This document shows, piece after piece, positions 34,633 through 46,885 of a DNA stretch of 50,756 nucleotides. The DNA is from Fistulifera solaris. Taxonomy: Eukaryota. A program made the position numbers and the translations under genes. A model generated the notes under the pieces. It was not told the origin of the DNA and did no database searches. It worked only from the letters and a program-made list of their open reading frames with translations. Position 1 is the stretch's first letter, and every line of letters starts with the position of its first letter. Location of the stretch: positions 1,364,001 to 1,414,756 of the forward strand of contig AP026128.1 of NCBI GenBank assembly GCA_030295235.1, written 5' to 3'.

Positions 34633-36320
34633 ATGATGAATTTTACAAAGGAAGAATTCTTCGTACAGGGTTTGGAAAACATTCAAGCCGCTTACGCCGA
34701 GTTTGACGGTCACATGTACGCCGGAATGTTGCCCGCCGATAATGGCGATCGCATCAATCTTCAGACCATGTTTTGGCTTTTTGAGCCCACTACGCAAGAG
34801 ATACCCAATTCTATGATTCTCTGGTTGAATGGAGGACCGGGTTGTAGTAGTTTTAATTGCGGAGTCATGATGGAACACTCGCCCGTCACGCAGCCTTTAC
34901 ATGCTGCTGGCTATTGCTGCTTGCAGCCGGATCCGGAGTTACATGTCAACCCGCACGCTTGGACGAAAGGAACGACTGTTTTGTATGTCGAACATCCCAT
35001 CGGAACGGGATTTTCACACGGAACGTATCCTTCGAATGAGACGGAAGCGTCAGCCGATTTGGACGCTTTCTTGCAAAACTTTCTTGCCGTCTTTGATCAT
35101 TTGCAAGAATACGAATTTTTCGTCATGGGAGAGAGCTACGCTGGAATGTTTGGTAAGTCAAGAGGGGGATTGATAGAAAGGGATATTCTTTTGTCGTTCC
35201 GTTGTGTTGGCCTCATTTCTTTATTACTGATAATTCATGTTAATATTCCGCAGTTCCTTCCGTCGCAAGAGAGATTCATTTGAACAATAAGAAAAATAAG
35301 GCGGGCCGCATTCCTATCAAACTAGGAGGTGCTGCGTTAGGCAACGGATGGATTGATGGTATGATTCAAGGACCCGCGACGATTGATTATTCCTGGTGGC
35401 ATGGGTTGATCGATCAACCCACGCGCGATGCCTTGCATGATATCTTCCAGGTATGCATGTCGGCACCAGAAAAATTGTCAGCCCCCTTTCATCCATACAC
35501 GGTGCAAGACGATTGTGGTATCATGTGGGGCATTTTGCAGGCTGCCGGGAATCCGAACGCGTACGATATCACGACATGGGATCCGAACGTCGATCAAGTA
35601 ACGTTTACATCGGAAGCCTTCTTCAACACTCCCCAAGTCAAAGAGTTGCTGCATGTACTTAATCCGGAGCATATCTGGCACGGTTGTCAAGCTGGAAGTG
35701 GTCGTCGTCGACAACTGGCACGTCAGTTGTACATGGACAACGACCGTCCCTTGTCAGTGGTTCCGTACATTGCAGAGTTGCTTGATGCGGATATCCCCAT
35801 CGTCGTTTACAATGGTGACCGCGATATGACCACCAATATGGTAGGAACGGAGCTTTGTTTGAATGGAATGAAATGGAAAGGTGCCGATAACTGGATGGAT
35901 GCTCCCCGTGGCTTGTGGAAAGTAAACGACTATCCGGCGGGTTGGGCGAAAGAATATAAGAGTCTGCAGTATGTTGTAGTTTACAACAGTGGTCACATGG
36001 TACCCTACAACGTCCCCGAAAGTGCGTACGACTTGTTGAAACGGCTGCTGACCAAAAAGTCCTTTATCGATGATGAAGCACCGGTCATCCGCGCCCCAAA
36101 ATCGGTATCTGATCATATGTCAATGTCCAAGCACATGGCCGGAACTACCACTACAACCACCATGTCCTTATCGGCTCCCGCATTGCCCAGTGGAATGGCG
36201 AGCAATGTTGCCGGCGAAGGATTTACGATGATGAGTTTGCTTGTGGCAGTCGCGATTGGAATGATGCTGGGTGGTCTTTGGACACCTGGTACCACTCCCA
36301 GATCTTATGAAGACGTCTAA
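34633..36320 (+). CDS. Serine carboxypeptidase S10 with a C-terminal hydrophobic anchor; intron 35153-35253
   Basis: LWLNGGPGCSS, HPIGTGFS, GESYAG, LGNGWID, YNGDRD, SGHMVP. A GTAAGT...GCAG intron joins the two ORFs in frame. The start is uncertain because no signal peptide is visible. Confidence 0.92.
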
Positions 36321-36487
36321 AAATTACTGATCCAGATTTTATGGAGACGCTAAATACCAATTACCCAGATTTTATGGACATGTCGAAATACCACTCGCCC
36401 AGATTTCATGGACAACTCGAAATACCACACCCCCAGATTTGATGGACACGTCTAATAAATACGACTCCCCCCTGATTTTTATGGAGA
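36288..36487 (+). repeat. Degenerate ~33-nt tandem repeat, about 6 copies, starting in the last codons of the carboxypeptidase
   Basis: Recurring TACCAC..CCCAGATTTTATGGA-like units. Confidence 0.75.
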
Positions 36488-36803
36488 GGTGTCAAGCAAA
36501 GTTTTCAAGACTACAAGTACCTAAAATGGTACAGTGTTTTCTTCTATGGAACAGAATGAACAAAGCATGACATCATCGGGTCGCAAGCGTTCTGCACGAG
36601 AACAGCACGAGGAAAATCCTTTCAACCGTTACGTAGCTACACCGTAGAAATAAGTACTGTGCGCGATGTTGCCTTATTGGCGGGGTGGATTGTTATTTCG
36701 TTTGATCGATGCTTTCTGCACTTTCCTGGAAAGGAATGCGTTTCAAAAAAGACTTTGTTTGTCAATCTCTATCGGGTTTAAAAAATATCTTCATTGCTTG
36801 TTA

Positions 36804-38512
36804 ATGATGAACAAGCAACTAAGAAGACTTTCAGTTGTCGTTGCTGCGATAGTAATTTCGCTGTCAAAAATTGATGCATTCTCGTCATCTTTTGTGCAAC
36901 GACCCGCGCTCACAAAATTGACTTTTTCATCCTATTCTTCGCAACGGGCGATTTCTATGCACATGGGGCATAGTCATAGTCATCATCATCACGATCATGC
37001 TTCGTCGACGTCGCCTTTAGTATCGCAAGAAGGCTCGACTTTTCTTTCTCGAATCCTCCGTTTTGCAACACGACGAGTTGCTCGATTTTCTTTGCCGGAG
37101 CTGCTGTAGCTGGAGCTGTTTATTTGCAAAAGCGCCGTGTGCGTCCGAGTGACATTGGGTTATTTCTGGTTACTGCTCTTTCGCTGAGTGTTCTGGATAA
37201 AATTAAAGAACAAGTCAAAGATTGGAATGTTCGCTTTCAGGAATTTACAAAAACGCTAGAAAAACATGCTACGCCGCTTTTTGCAGGAGATGAGGAAGAA
37301 CGAAAGTCACGAGAACTGCATCGTGCTGCAGATCAGGTCACATACTTAGGAGTTGTTATTAATTTGGTGCTCAGTGTTGGCAAGGCTGTCACAGGTGTGC
37401 TATGCCATTCGACTGCTCTGATTGCCGATGCCGGTCATTCTTTGTCGGATCTATTTTCTGATTTCATTACTTTATACGCGGTGCAGCTCGGTCGCTTACC
37501 GCCCGATGACGATCATCCTTATGGTCACGGCAAGTTTGAAGCAGTTGGGAGCTTATTTCTTGCTCTGACTTTGATCGCAACGGGTCTTTCAGTCGGGGCT
37601 ACGAGCGCGCAGAAACTCTCAGAAATTCTCACATTATCATCATCGACGATTGCCGCACCTGCTATTCTGCCGAAGCGACCTGCATTGATCATGGCGGCAC
37701 TTTCGATTGTGTCGAAAGAATGGCTCTATCGCATCACAAAACGCGTGGGTGAGGCACTCAATTCACAAGTCGTCATCGCAAATGCCTGGCACCATCGCAG
37801 CGACGCCTACTCCAGTATTCTCGCCTTGTTCTCTATTGCATTAGCGATAAATGGCTGGCTAGCGGCGGATGCCGGTGCCGGATTGATCGTTGCAGGGATG
37901 ATTGCACTCACTGGAGTGGAAATCATGGGAGAATCAATCAAGCAGCTAACCGACACGGTCGATGAAACTCTTGTTCAGCGCGTTGAAATGGTCCTCCATC
38001 AAGCCAAACATCACTACGGAAATCGTGTGATTTCTGGAATACAACGTGTTAGAGCACGACAAGTCGGTTCCAGTTCTTTGGTCGATGTTTCAATTGTGAC
38101 ACCACCGAATGTCACGAATCCTCGAGCATTGGAAGATGAATTGCGCTCAAAAATTATGAAACAATTACCTTGTGTTATTGACGCCGAGGTACGGGTAGTC
38201 CCCAAAGAAGAGAATGAACATGATCCCGCCGCATCACAGTCCACGACACCTCAATCTGTAGTAGAGCAGGATGTTCGAGGTGAAATACAGAAGCATGCAT
38301 CTGTCGTGAGTGTTGGGGAGGTTCGCGTCGGTAGTAGTGGTAATGTGGATGTTACAATCCGTGTAGACCCCTCATCAACCGTACAAGAAGCCAATGGATT
38401 GGCCTTGCAACTCATTGATTCGCTGCAGAGTTACGAGACTATAGAGTCTGCACGAATTTATCTCGATTTGAATGAACACATTTCCATGCCTATCGTCAAC
38501 AGCTCCAATTAA
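36804..38512 (+). CDS. Cation diffusion facilitator (FieF/MMT-like) metal transporter, putatively plastid-targeted, apparent frameshift near 37087
   Basis: Signal ...SKIDA|FSS, His-rich HMGHSHSHHHHDH, ALIADAGHSLSD, PPDDDHPYGHGKFE, ANAWHHRSD, and two C-terminal dimerisation-like domains. Confidence 0.9.
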
Positions 38513-38600
38513 ACGCGGGTACTGATACTAGTAATATAGAAATAAAATTGATTCACTAAGACACGTGCCTCTCTTTGTACAAATCTTATCATTTCGATAC

Positions 38601-39566
38601 TCAGCGGGAAATATGTTTTAGGACGATCGCTAAATGATTGACCATGATGTTCAGCTTCTCGACACATGCCTCATCTAAACCCTCATCTCCTGTTATTTGT
38701 AGAATCGCCAAGACAGCATGCTGATTTGGAGCTAGAATAGGAGCCAGCAGAACACGCTGTTGATTGTTCTCGGACGAGCAAATGATTTGCCGCGAAGCCA
38801 AACAGTCTTGCACGGCATTGTTTCCGTGGGATAACATTTCTATTCGCGTCCGTGAAGATGATCCCTGCGTTTGTGCATGTATTCGATCGAAATCCTTACT
38901 GAAAGGCATATAAATGGTACATCTGGTATGCAGTGGAAATACCGATCCAGCATCCATCATATCCTCTACGATATTCTTCAATTGCTTGACCCGCTCGACT
39001 CGATCACGAGCATCTAAATCGACCAGCAGCAAGGTTGTTGCTCCTAAAGCGCAACCAAAAATCACCCCTACAACGGCTCCTAACATGCTAACATTGCGAC
39101 AAATAGGCAATTGCCGTTGCGCAGGTGTCAATTGAGGAGGTGTAATCCAGCGTGCTTTCGTCAAGAAACGTTCTAAAGAACCCCCAAAAACGACCCCTGA
39201 AACGTCACTAACAACTTGCCCCGCTGCAGCCGCAGTCATCGTTGCAAGACCCAAAGTAACTCCTAGCGTGCTATCGATGTATTGTCCTGCTTGAATCATA
39301 ACGACATTATCCATAAAGCCGAAACCAACCATCGGAATAGCGCTGGCTAGAAACAATTGCTGCAGTGCGGTTTGTGTAGGCTTCGGAGTTGCTGTAAATA
39401 TACTATTTGTTAGCGTTGAAGGATCGAGGGAATGAATGGGAGCGCTCGGGAGCTTCGATGATTCGTTCTTTCGACTCGAACGGCAGGTAATTACGGCGGT
39501 CGATTTCGAGCGACTGCGAAGCACGCGCAATCGCTGCATTGCCGATGCAAAGGATTTTGTTCTCAT
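38601..39566 (-). CDS. TMEM65: TMEM65-family membrane protein with a C-terminal GAF-like domain
   Basis: AIPMVGFGFMDNVVMIQAGQYID...MTAAAAGQVVSDVSG is the TMEM65 signature. The Arg/Ser-rich N-terminus resembles a mitochondrial presequence. The start is uncertain (39566 or 39539). Confidence 0.8.
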   Translation of the reverse strand: MRTKSFASAMQRLRVLRSRSKSTAVITCRSSRKNESSKLPSAPIHSLDPSTLTNSIFTATPKPTQTALQQLFLASAIPMVGFGFMDNVVMIQAGQYIDSTLGVTLGLATMTAAAAGQVVSDVSGVVFGGSLERFLTKARWITPPQLTPAQRQLPICRNVSMLGAVVGVIFGCALGATTLLLVDLDARDRVERVKQLKNIVEDMMDAGSVFPLHTRCTIYMPFSKDFDRIHAQTQGSSSRTRIEMLSHGNNAVQDCLASRQIICSSENNQQRVLLAPILAPNQHAVLAILQITGDEGLDEACVEKLNIMVNHLAIVLKHISR

Positions 39567-39971
39567 GATATGAAAGAAGGTGAAATTATAGAGAAAATGA
39601 GCACAAAATCTGTAATACATTGCGCTCTCGCAAACTCCGGGATGACTGGTGGCTGGGAATAAATAAATAGCGACGAGCGCGAGACGCGACGACGACAAAA
39701 TACGAACTGGAAACCCAAAACGCCGACGGAAGACGAAACACAAAACTGTACCAGTAACGGATAAAGCGCAGAAAGTTCTCTACATCCTCCGGAAGAATGT
39801 ATACTATGCACTGTAGAGTATCTTATACTGGTGCGACACTAAATGAGGCACAGAACCAAGTCGACTTTGACTAGGTACGGGAAAGAGGAAAGAGACAATG
39901 CTATCAATTGTTTGATTTGAAATACATTATACATATTAATACTTGAAAGGGCTGCACCTCAGAACTCAGAA

Positions 39972-42900
39972 TCAATTGCTTTGCCCGTCGTCCCATCTTC
40001 TCTGAGACATGGAATCAAGATACGAGCCACCACCAAACCAGCTGTTCTTCACTTCAGGATACACTTGAGTGCCTCGTCTGGGCTTGGAGGAAGACGTATC
40101 GCTATCCGACTTAGTTTCCGTGTAAATATCGACATTCTCGTTGTTGTTGACATCGCGGTAACTAGATTCAGAAACAGAAACATCTGCCGATGACCGATCG
40201 TCTTGCAAGTTAGAGTCTCCGTAGCCATAGCGGGCAAAAGGATTTTGGTTGGGATCGGCTCCTTCTTTCGGATTCCATTCCGGGTTTGGAAACAAAGAGG
40301 GGGGCTGCACTGAGAATTCCTCTTGTTCGAGAAATGCTGAAGAAAGAGGTTGTTCGTCGTCGGCCATAGACTGCTCTTGTGGCAACTGCGCCTCGAATTC
40401 TGAAAGAGGGTCCTCTTGTACAGAATATCCATTTGTCTGACTAGATTTATACAAAGAATCCAGATACGAGCGCATTTGAGGCCGGGAAGCCTCTGCAAAA
40501 CTGATAGCAGGGGGATAGTCATCGCGCTCTGAATCGTACATGGTCTGAGTCTCTGTGTAATAGCCACCTGGATCGATTCCAGGAAAGTCAAGAGAAGGCA
40601 CAGGCTCGCTACCGTTCTGTTCTGTGACGTAAGAACCCCAATCAAAGACGCTATTTCTTTCTTTCGACTCCTCATCAGGCCGTCGCATAGAATCAAGATA
40701 TGATTTTCCGTTTTGCCAGCTAGAGGACTGAGCGTCATTTATTGCCGCAGGGCGCTCATTTAAATCTTCGACACCTAAAGGTGGAACACCGCGGTACTCT
40801 CCAAAAATATCATTCTCTCCTTGATAACCGTCTTCAAACAATGCATCGGACTGAAATGGAGAAAAATCGCCGTACGAATCTGAGAAAGGGACTTCGCTCG
40901 AGGGAAAATCGCGGGCTTCGAAGGCAGAACTTTCGCCGAAAGAACCAGGAGCATAATTATCGCTCTCAAAAGGGGAGGAATCACCGTAGGGGCTCGGAGG
41001 AAACTGTTCTTGACGTTGCTCTTCTTCGCTAGGCAAATCTATAAACACGCTCTCGGCAGGATTGTCCTGGTACTGAGGCGGCCTGCCCCATCCTCCTTGA
41101 AACGGTCCAAACCCTCTATTTGCAGTGTTGTCAATGTACTCTGGTTGCCTTGTCGTAGGCAGACCAAAGAGATTTTCGGGAATATCCAAACGGAGACTAC
41201 CGGGCTGGTAATTGCTCCTCAAAAACTCTGTGAAAATACCGCCACGATTGCTACTATTGCGATCAGCGCCAACACGATCTCTGTTAAGCTTTCGTTCTGG
41301 AGTGTTCTCGAATTCAGGGCCAGTAACTGGTCGTCTTGGAGGAGAAGAAGCATCAGTACCCCTCGTGGCTTGGGTTGAAGGAACTAGGGGCGTGCTAGTT
41401 ACGCTTGGACTGCTAGTTTGTCTTGGCGAAGGCCGTTTCATGTTCCTGAAAATCGCTTCTCGGCTAGAATCGCCATCGTAAATGGTGGCGGAGGAGCGCT
41501 CTTCATTTTGTTCAAATAGATCGGCAAAAAACTTTTTCCTATCCACATTAGCGTCATTCGCGTTGCTGGAAGTTTGTTCAGCATTTTTCGCCGGGACTGA
41601 CGATGTAGGAGATTGTCGAGTGGGTTGGACTTTCTTCTGCCTTGATGTCTGTCCAACTACAGCGGGCGCGACGGATACTTGTTGTTGCTTCGATGGCGGA
41701 GCAATTTCGGACTTAGATGTAGCTTCGACCGGCTTTCCAGTCCCCTGTTCGACCCAGGTTTCCCTTTCCGGATCCCAGTGAAGTGGAGCAGCTTCCCCGT
41801 CAATATTTTAAAACGGCTTTCCGAATAATCGCCCGAGATCTGACTGTTCTGAACAGGAAAAGAATCTTCGTCGGCAGTGGGAGCGTCTCCGAAGTGGGCT
41901 CTCGTTGCGTCTTGTAGATACGAGGTGACTCCCGATTTATAAGCCGGATCGAAAACACCATTCGGTTGTGTGTAATCAGTAATTGAACCCGAATTAGTTG
42001 TACTAGAAGCCGAGTTCCAGGACGAAACAGAACCTTGATTTACGCCTTGAACTCTTCCACCTCCGGACAAACTACCGCTAGGATCGAAAGTACCAGAAAC
42101 TGTTCGTGGTCGATTAAAAACGCCCTGTGGACTGTATGTTGAGGATGAAGGACCGAGCGGAGACGTAGGACGAGAATCCTGAGACGACGCGAACCAATCG
42201 TTTCCGGAGCCACCATCACCGCCACTTGAGAAGTCCTGTGGAGTGGACGAAGGAAAAATTGTCGATTTGCCCAAAGTTTGTTTGAGTACATCAAAAGCCC
42301 ATGGATCCCATTTCTCTGCACGACTAAAAGAATTGGAGGACAAAGAATCCGAAGATCGTGAAGAATCGTTCCCCCACGAAGGTTCGTTTGATGGCGGTGA
42401 TGGTGGCTCCGGAGCAGGAAATGACGTTGATTTACCCAAAGTTTGACTCAGTACGTTGAAAGTCCGCGGATCCCACGTTTCGGTCTTTTCATACGAAATC
42501 ATGCGTTGCCCAGGCTGTGGTGTCGGAGAATCCTCCACTTGATCACGACCCGTGGAAAAGTCTTGCGGAGCAGACGATGGAAAGTGCGTCGATTTCCCGA
42601 GTGTTTGACTTAAGACATCAAACTTCCAAGGATCCCATGTTTCTGCGCGTTGAAAGGATGACCGAGGAGAAGAGTCTCTCGTTGACCCCGATGCCTCATT
42701 TGTTGACGACAACGAAATGCCTGTGTTGGCAAAATCTTCGGGAGAGGACGACGGAAACATAGTGGATTTTCCCAGAGTCTGGCTCATAACGTCAAATTTC
42801 CAAGGATCCCAGCTTTTCGCACGATCAAATGATGGATCCGATGATGCCTGGCTACCAACACTAAGGAATGAAGCATCTTGGTTGCCACTGGAATCAGAAG

Positions 42901-45900
42901 ACGCTTCATCGGATGCATAATCGGCTGGAGAGGTCGAAGGAAAAATTGTTGATTTTCCCAAAGTCTGACTCATAACGTCGAATTTCCAAGGATCCCAGGT
43001 CTCTGCTCTTTCGAATGCGCCTCGACTTGGAGAAGGCGCTCTGGCCCTAAGAGAAGTCTCTAGCCCCGATCCGGCAAAATCTTCCAGGGTGGACGATGGA
43101 AACTGTGAAGATTTTCCTAGTGTCTGACTCATTACATCGAATTTCCAAGGATCCCACGTTTCTGCTCGATCATAGGCATTAGTAGAGCGCTGACTGGAAC
43201 TAGCACCACCACCGTCCGCCGAGTAATCCTGTTTCGCGTCGCCTGACTCTGAATAAGAATCCGATCCAGCAAAAGTGTAGTCCCAACCTTGATCATCCTG
43301 CTGAGTGTCGAGTATCACATTTTCCGATTCAGAACCGCCCCCTTCACCAGACATCTTTGACTTCGCTAACTGATTCACAAAAGAACCAAAAATTACTTGG
43401 TGGCTTTCTTGGGTCCCAGTCCTCAGCGACTGAATCGCTCCTTATTTCGTCATCGACTATGACAGTAGGATTGGAAGCCGTACCGCCTTGCACTGGCTCC
43501 TTGGGTAAGCTATCATTCGCAACAGCTTCCACATATGCGCCAAAATCACTAGCGACCTTAGGCGTGCCGTCCGCTCTAGTATCTTCTACCGGCATGCTTC
43601 CTTTCGCTACCTCTTTCACAAAAGAACCAAACTCCTCTACCGGCTTCGCGGATCCACCACCAAAATCCGGCATCATATCCTTCGCGATTTCTTGTACAAA
43701 AGCGCCGAAATTTGTCGGCGGCTTAGTTGGATCGAATTCGATGCTGCTAAGAGGTGCCTCGGACTTATAAGAGCTGGGTGGACTAAACGTATCTTTTGGT
43801 AATAGAGGAGCGGGAGGGGATCCGGGCTCAAATGACGGACTTCCTGGAGCAAGACTGTCGTTCGGCAATAATGGTGCAGGAGGCGAGCGGGCTTTGAAGG
43901 CTTGGACGGTAGTGCCGGTATTCACATCGGGAACAAGTGGAGCTGGCGGAGATTCTGACGCAAAATTTTCGCGAGCAGTAGCATTGCTCTCGTCAGATAT
44001 CAGCTGCAACGGCAGAGATGTAGTATTTTTGAAACAGACAACGCGGCTGTTGCAGAATCCAATTGCGTGGCAGCATCAGAGCTTTCTGGCGTGCTTATTG
44101 TCGTCTCATTTTGCAAGATGTCGACCTTAATCGTGACGTCAGCTTTATCACCATCTACTGGCATGCTTCCTTTGGCCACCTGCTTTACAAAGAGCCAAAC
44201 TCCTCTACCGGCTTCACGGATCCACCACCAAAATCGGGCATCGTATCCTTCGCGATCTCTTGTACAAAAGAGCCGAAATTTGTCGGCGGCTTAGTTGGAT
44301 CGAATTCGTTGCTGCTTAGAGGTGCGTCGGACTTATAAGAGCTGAGTGGACTAAACGTATCTTTTGGTAATAGAGGAGCGGGAGGGGATCCGGGCTCAAA
44401 TGACGGACTTCCTGGAGCAAGACTGTCGTTCGGCAGTAATGGTGCAGGAGGCGAGCGGGCTTCAAATGCTGGGACGGTAGTGCCGGTATTCACATCGGGA
44501 ACAAGTGGAGCTGGTGGAGATCCAGGCTCAAACTTGGGACTTACTAATGAACCACTCTCTTTCGGTAGCAACGGCGCAGGAGGGGGGCCGGGCTCAAAGG
44601 TTACGCTATAAGGTGTAAAGTTGTCGTCGGGCATGAGCGGCGTGGTACGAGACGAGGACACGATCGGAAAAGGGGGTGCGGCGTCTACATCAATATCATC
44701 GAGCGGTTTGGAAGCTTCGAGATCCACCGATGGGGAAGGCGCGATTGGAGAAGAAAGTGTGGCATTCTCCTCTGAGGTACTATCGAGTGTGTCCAATCGC
44801 TTAGTCTCGTTGCTGGAAATCATGCTAATGACCGAAGATGCAACGTCCGCTGCACTTGTGCTAGCCAAACTGAAAGATTCGTTTTTAGCAGACTCAAAAC
44901 TTTGATCGAGAGAAGTAAGGTTCGACTTGCGCTCAATAGGCGGCACAGAAGTTGACCGTTTTCGATCCGACTTGGCGGGTTCATCCAACCACGTCACCTT
45001 CATCTTTGGTATCTTCTTGATTAGCCGCTTAGGCGTAATTTGCTCCCCCTTTTCCTAGCTCATTTGGCTGCGATTCAGAAGTCTTCAATACAGGCGTTGT
45101 ACTGTTCGATAGCGTCACGTCTATCGACGACGATGGCAGCGACCTCTCTTCTTTACAAATAGTTGAAATGTCTGAAACGACGTCCGTTGCATTTGTTGCG
45201 TTCGCTATTCCGGCATCCACAGCTATAGTGGTATTTTTCGCAAGAAAACTCGTTGATTTTTTCGACGGAAAAGGAGAATCTGTGTCGACCGGGACGGCAG
45301 CTTCAAAAGTCGGGTTGTCCCTTGAAATTGATAAATAAGCCTGAACCAAGGAATCATTTGAACCTACGGTAGACACAAGCGTCCTGGTCAAATTAGTTGA
45401 CGGCCTTTTCTCGAGTTGGTTCTTTTGCAACGAGTTAGCCGGTAAATTCGATTTCGTTGCCGTCGGCTGCGTCGCATTCAAATCGCCAAAAAATCCCGCC
45501 AAAGCCCTCGCTACCGAGGATATCGGTTTCTTGTCAACACCAGATTTTGTGTCATTAAATGTTGAACTGTTTGTATTATTCAGTAAATAACTGTTTCGAC
45601 CAGTCGGTTCGTTTTTGAGAACGGTGCTGTTGGTGTTTTCTTTGTGAATGAAACCTTTCGTATCAGTTGTAGCTGTTGAGTTTCTTTCGCTAAATTCATC
45701 TGGCTTCCGCTGTGCGAAAAGCGAAGTTGTCCACCGTCGACCTTCTTTCATTCTGGTACTGCCATGTCGCTTATCGAAACGAATCCGGGAAAGTGGTCCG
45801 ACTACCGTTGCCTTGTCATCTTTCTCTGAAGTCGATTGTTTGCTGTTCGCTTTTCTGCGTTTGCCGATCGCTCGACTAAGATCCTCATCTTCAATGTCGA

Positions 45901-46062
45901 TATCTCTCTTGTTAGTGCTCTCTGGAAGGGAATGAAATGTAATTGTAGGGCGCCGCAATCGAGATGGTGCAAAGGGACGGTGACCCATCCCTCCGCATCG
46001 ATCACAAGATGAATAAGAAGGATAGGAAGGCAGTAAATCGCTCGTTTCCGTGTTTGTCGCAT
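39972..46062 (-). CDS. Motif-family protein 9: ~2000-aa disordered multi-repeat protein split by about six apparent frameshifts
   Basis: MRQTRKRAIYCLPILLIHLVIDAEG|WVT. ORFs 45802..46062, 45029..45988, 44185..45003, 43344..44009, 41657..43378 and 39972..41546 abut or overlap, mostly at homopolymer runs. Repeats are PPAPL[LV]P, FG[SA]FVx[EQ]xAK, 6x WDPWKFDVMSQTLGKS-like and 3x SYLDS[ML]. Confidence 0.75.
43585..44521. repeat. Intragenic direct duplication: 43585-43953 and 44154-44521
   Basis: Two highly similar ~368-bp blocks encoding the PPAPLLP and FGSFV repeats. Confidence 0.9.
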
Positions 46063-46885
46063 TCTTTGTGTGAGTTTATATCAACAATTCGAAGTAAATT
46101 AGCATTGAAGCCCCATGTCCTTATTTATTTGTCCGAATGAAAAGGCTTCGCACTTCGCACTGTTCATTCATTCGTTTTTGTTTTGCTGCGACGATTGCCA
46201 TCACGATGCAACACGAAAACGAGACACGAGACGACACGAGCGCTTGGAACTCGGCGAGCAGATCTTTCGTCAAAGTTGCAGTTCTACACTTCAGTCTTAT
46301 ACAGTGAGCAGCAGGTAAGAACAGATGGCTGTTTTGATTAGTAGACTGAGTACCACACTCAGTACTTCAACTTGTATAGTTCATCGATCGGATCGCCATT
46401 TTTGAAGATTTTCGTTGCTTTTAAGTAAGCGCATGTTCAACGCCGTATCATGGATTGTATTATAACCAACCGAAACTATCTTTTTATAAACTAGTACGCG
46501 TCTGTATAAAAAGATTCCTGATGGCAGACAGCACAATCCCGAAAGGACTGATGTCATCGATGTGTCTCTCCGTAGAATATCTACGCGTTTGTCGTAGAGA
46601 AAAAAATGGAAACACAAGGTGACGTGTCCTGTCCGCCACTCATGGAAAACGCAACGTTCAAGTCTGAGTACACTAAGGCTGTATATAACATACATTACGT
46701 CTGTCGCTCTCTTTCTCGTGCGTTTCATTCTCAACTCGCAAATCCGCCGACAACCATCACAAAACAACAACAGTCGACGATCGACAATCAACAACGTACA
46801 GTAAACAAACAGCCGCTTTTGTCCCTCTTGCAGTTGCAATCACGCTCCTCGCTTGATATTGTTTAGAAAGGCAGCCTCACTGATA

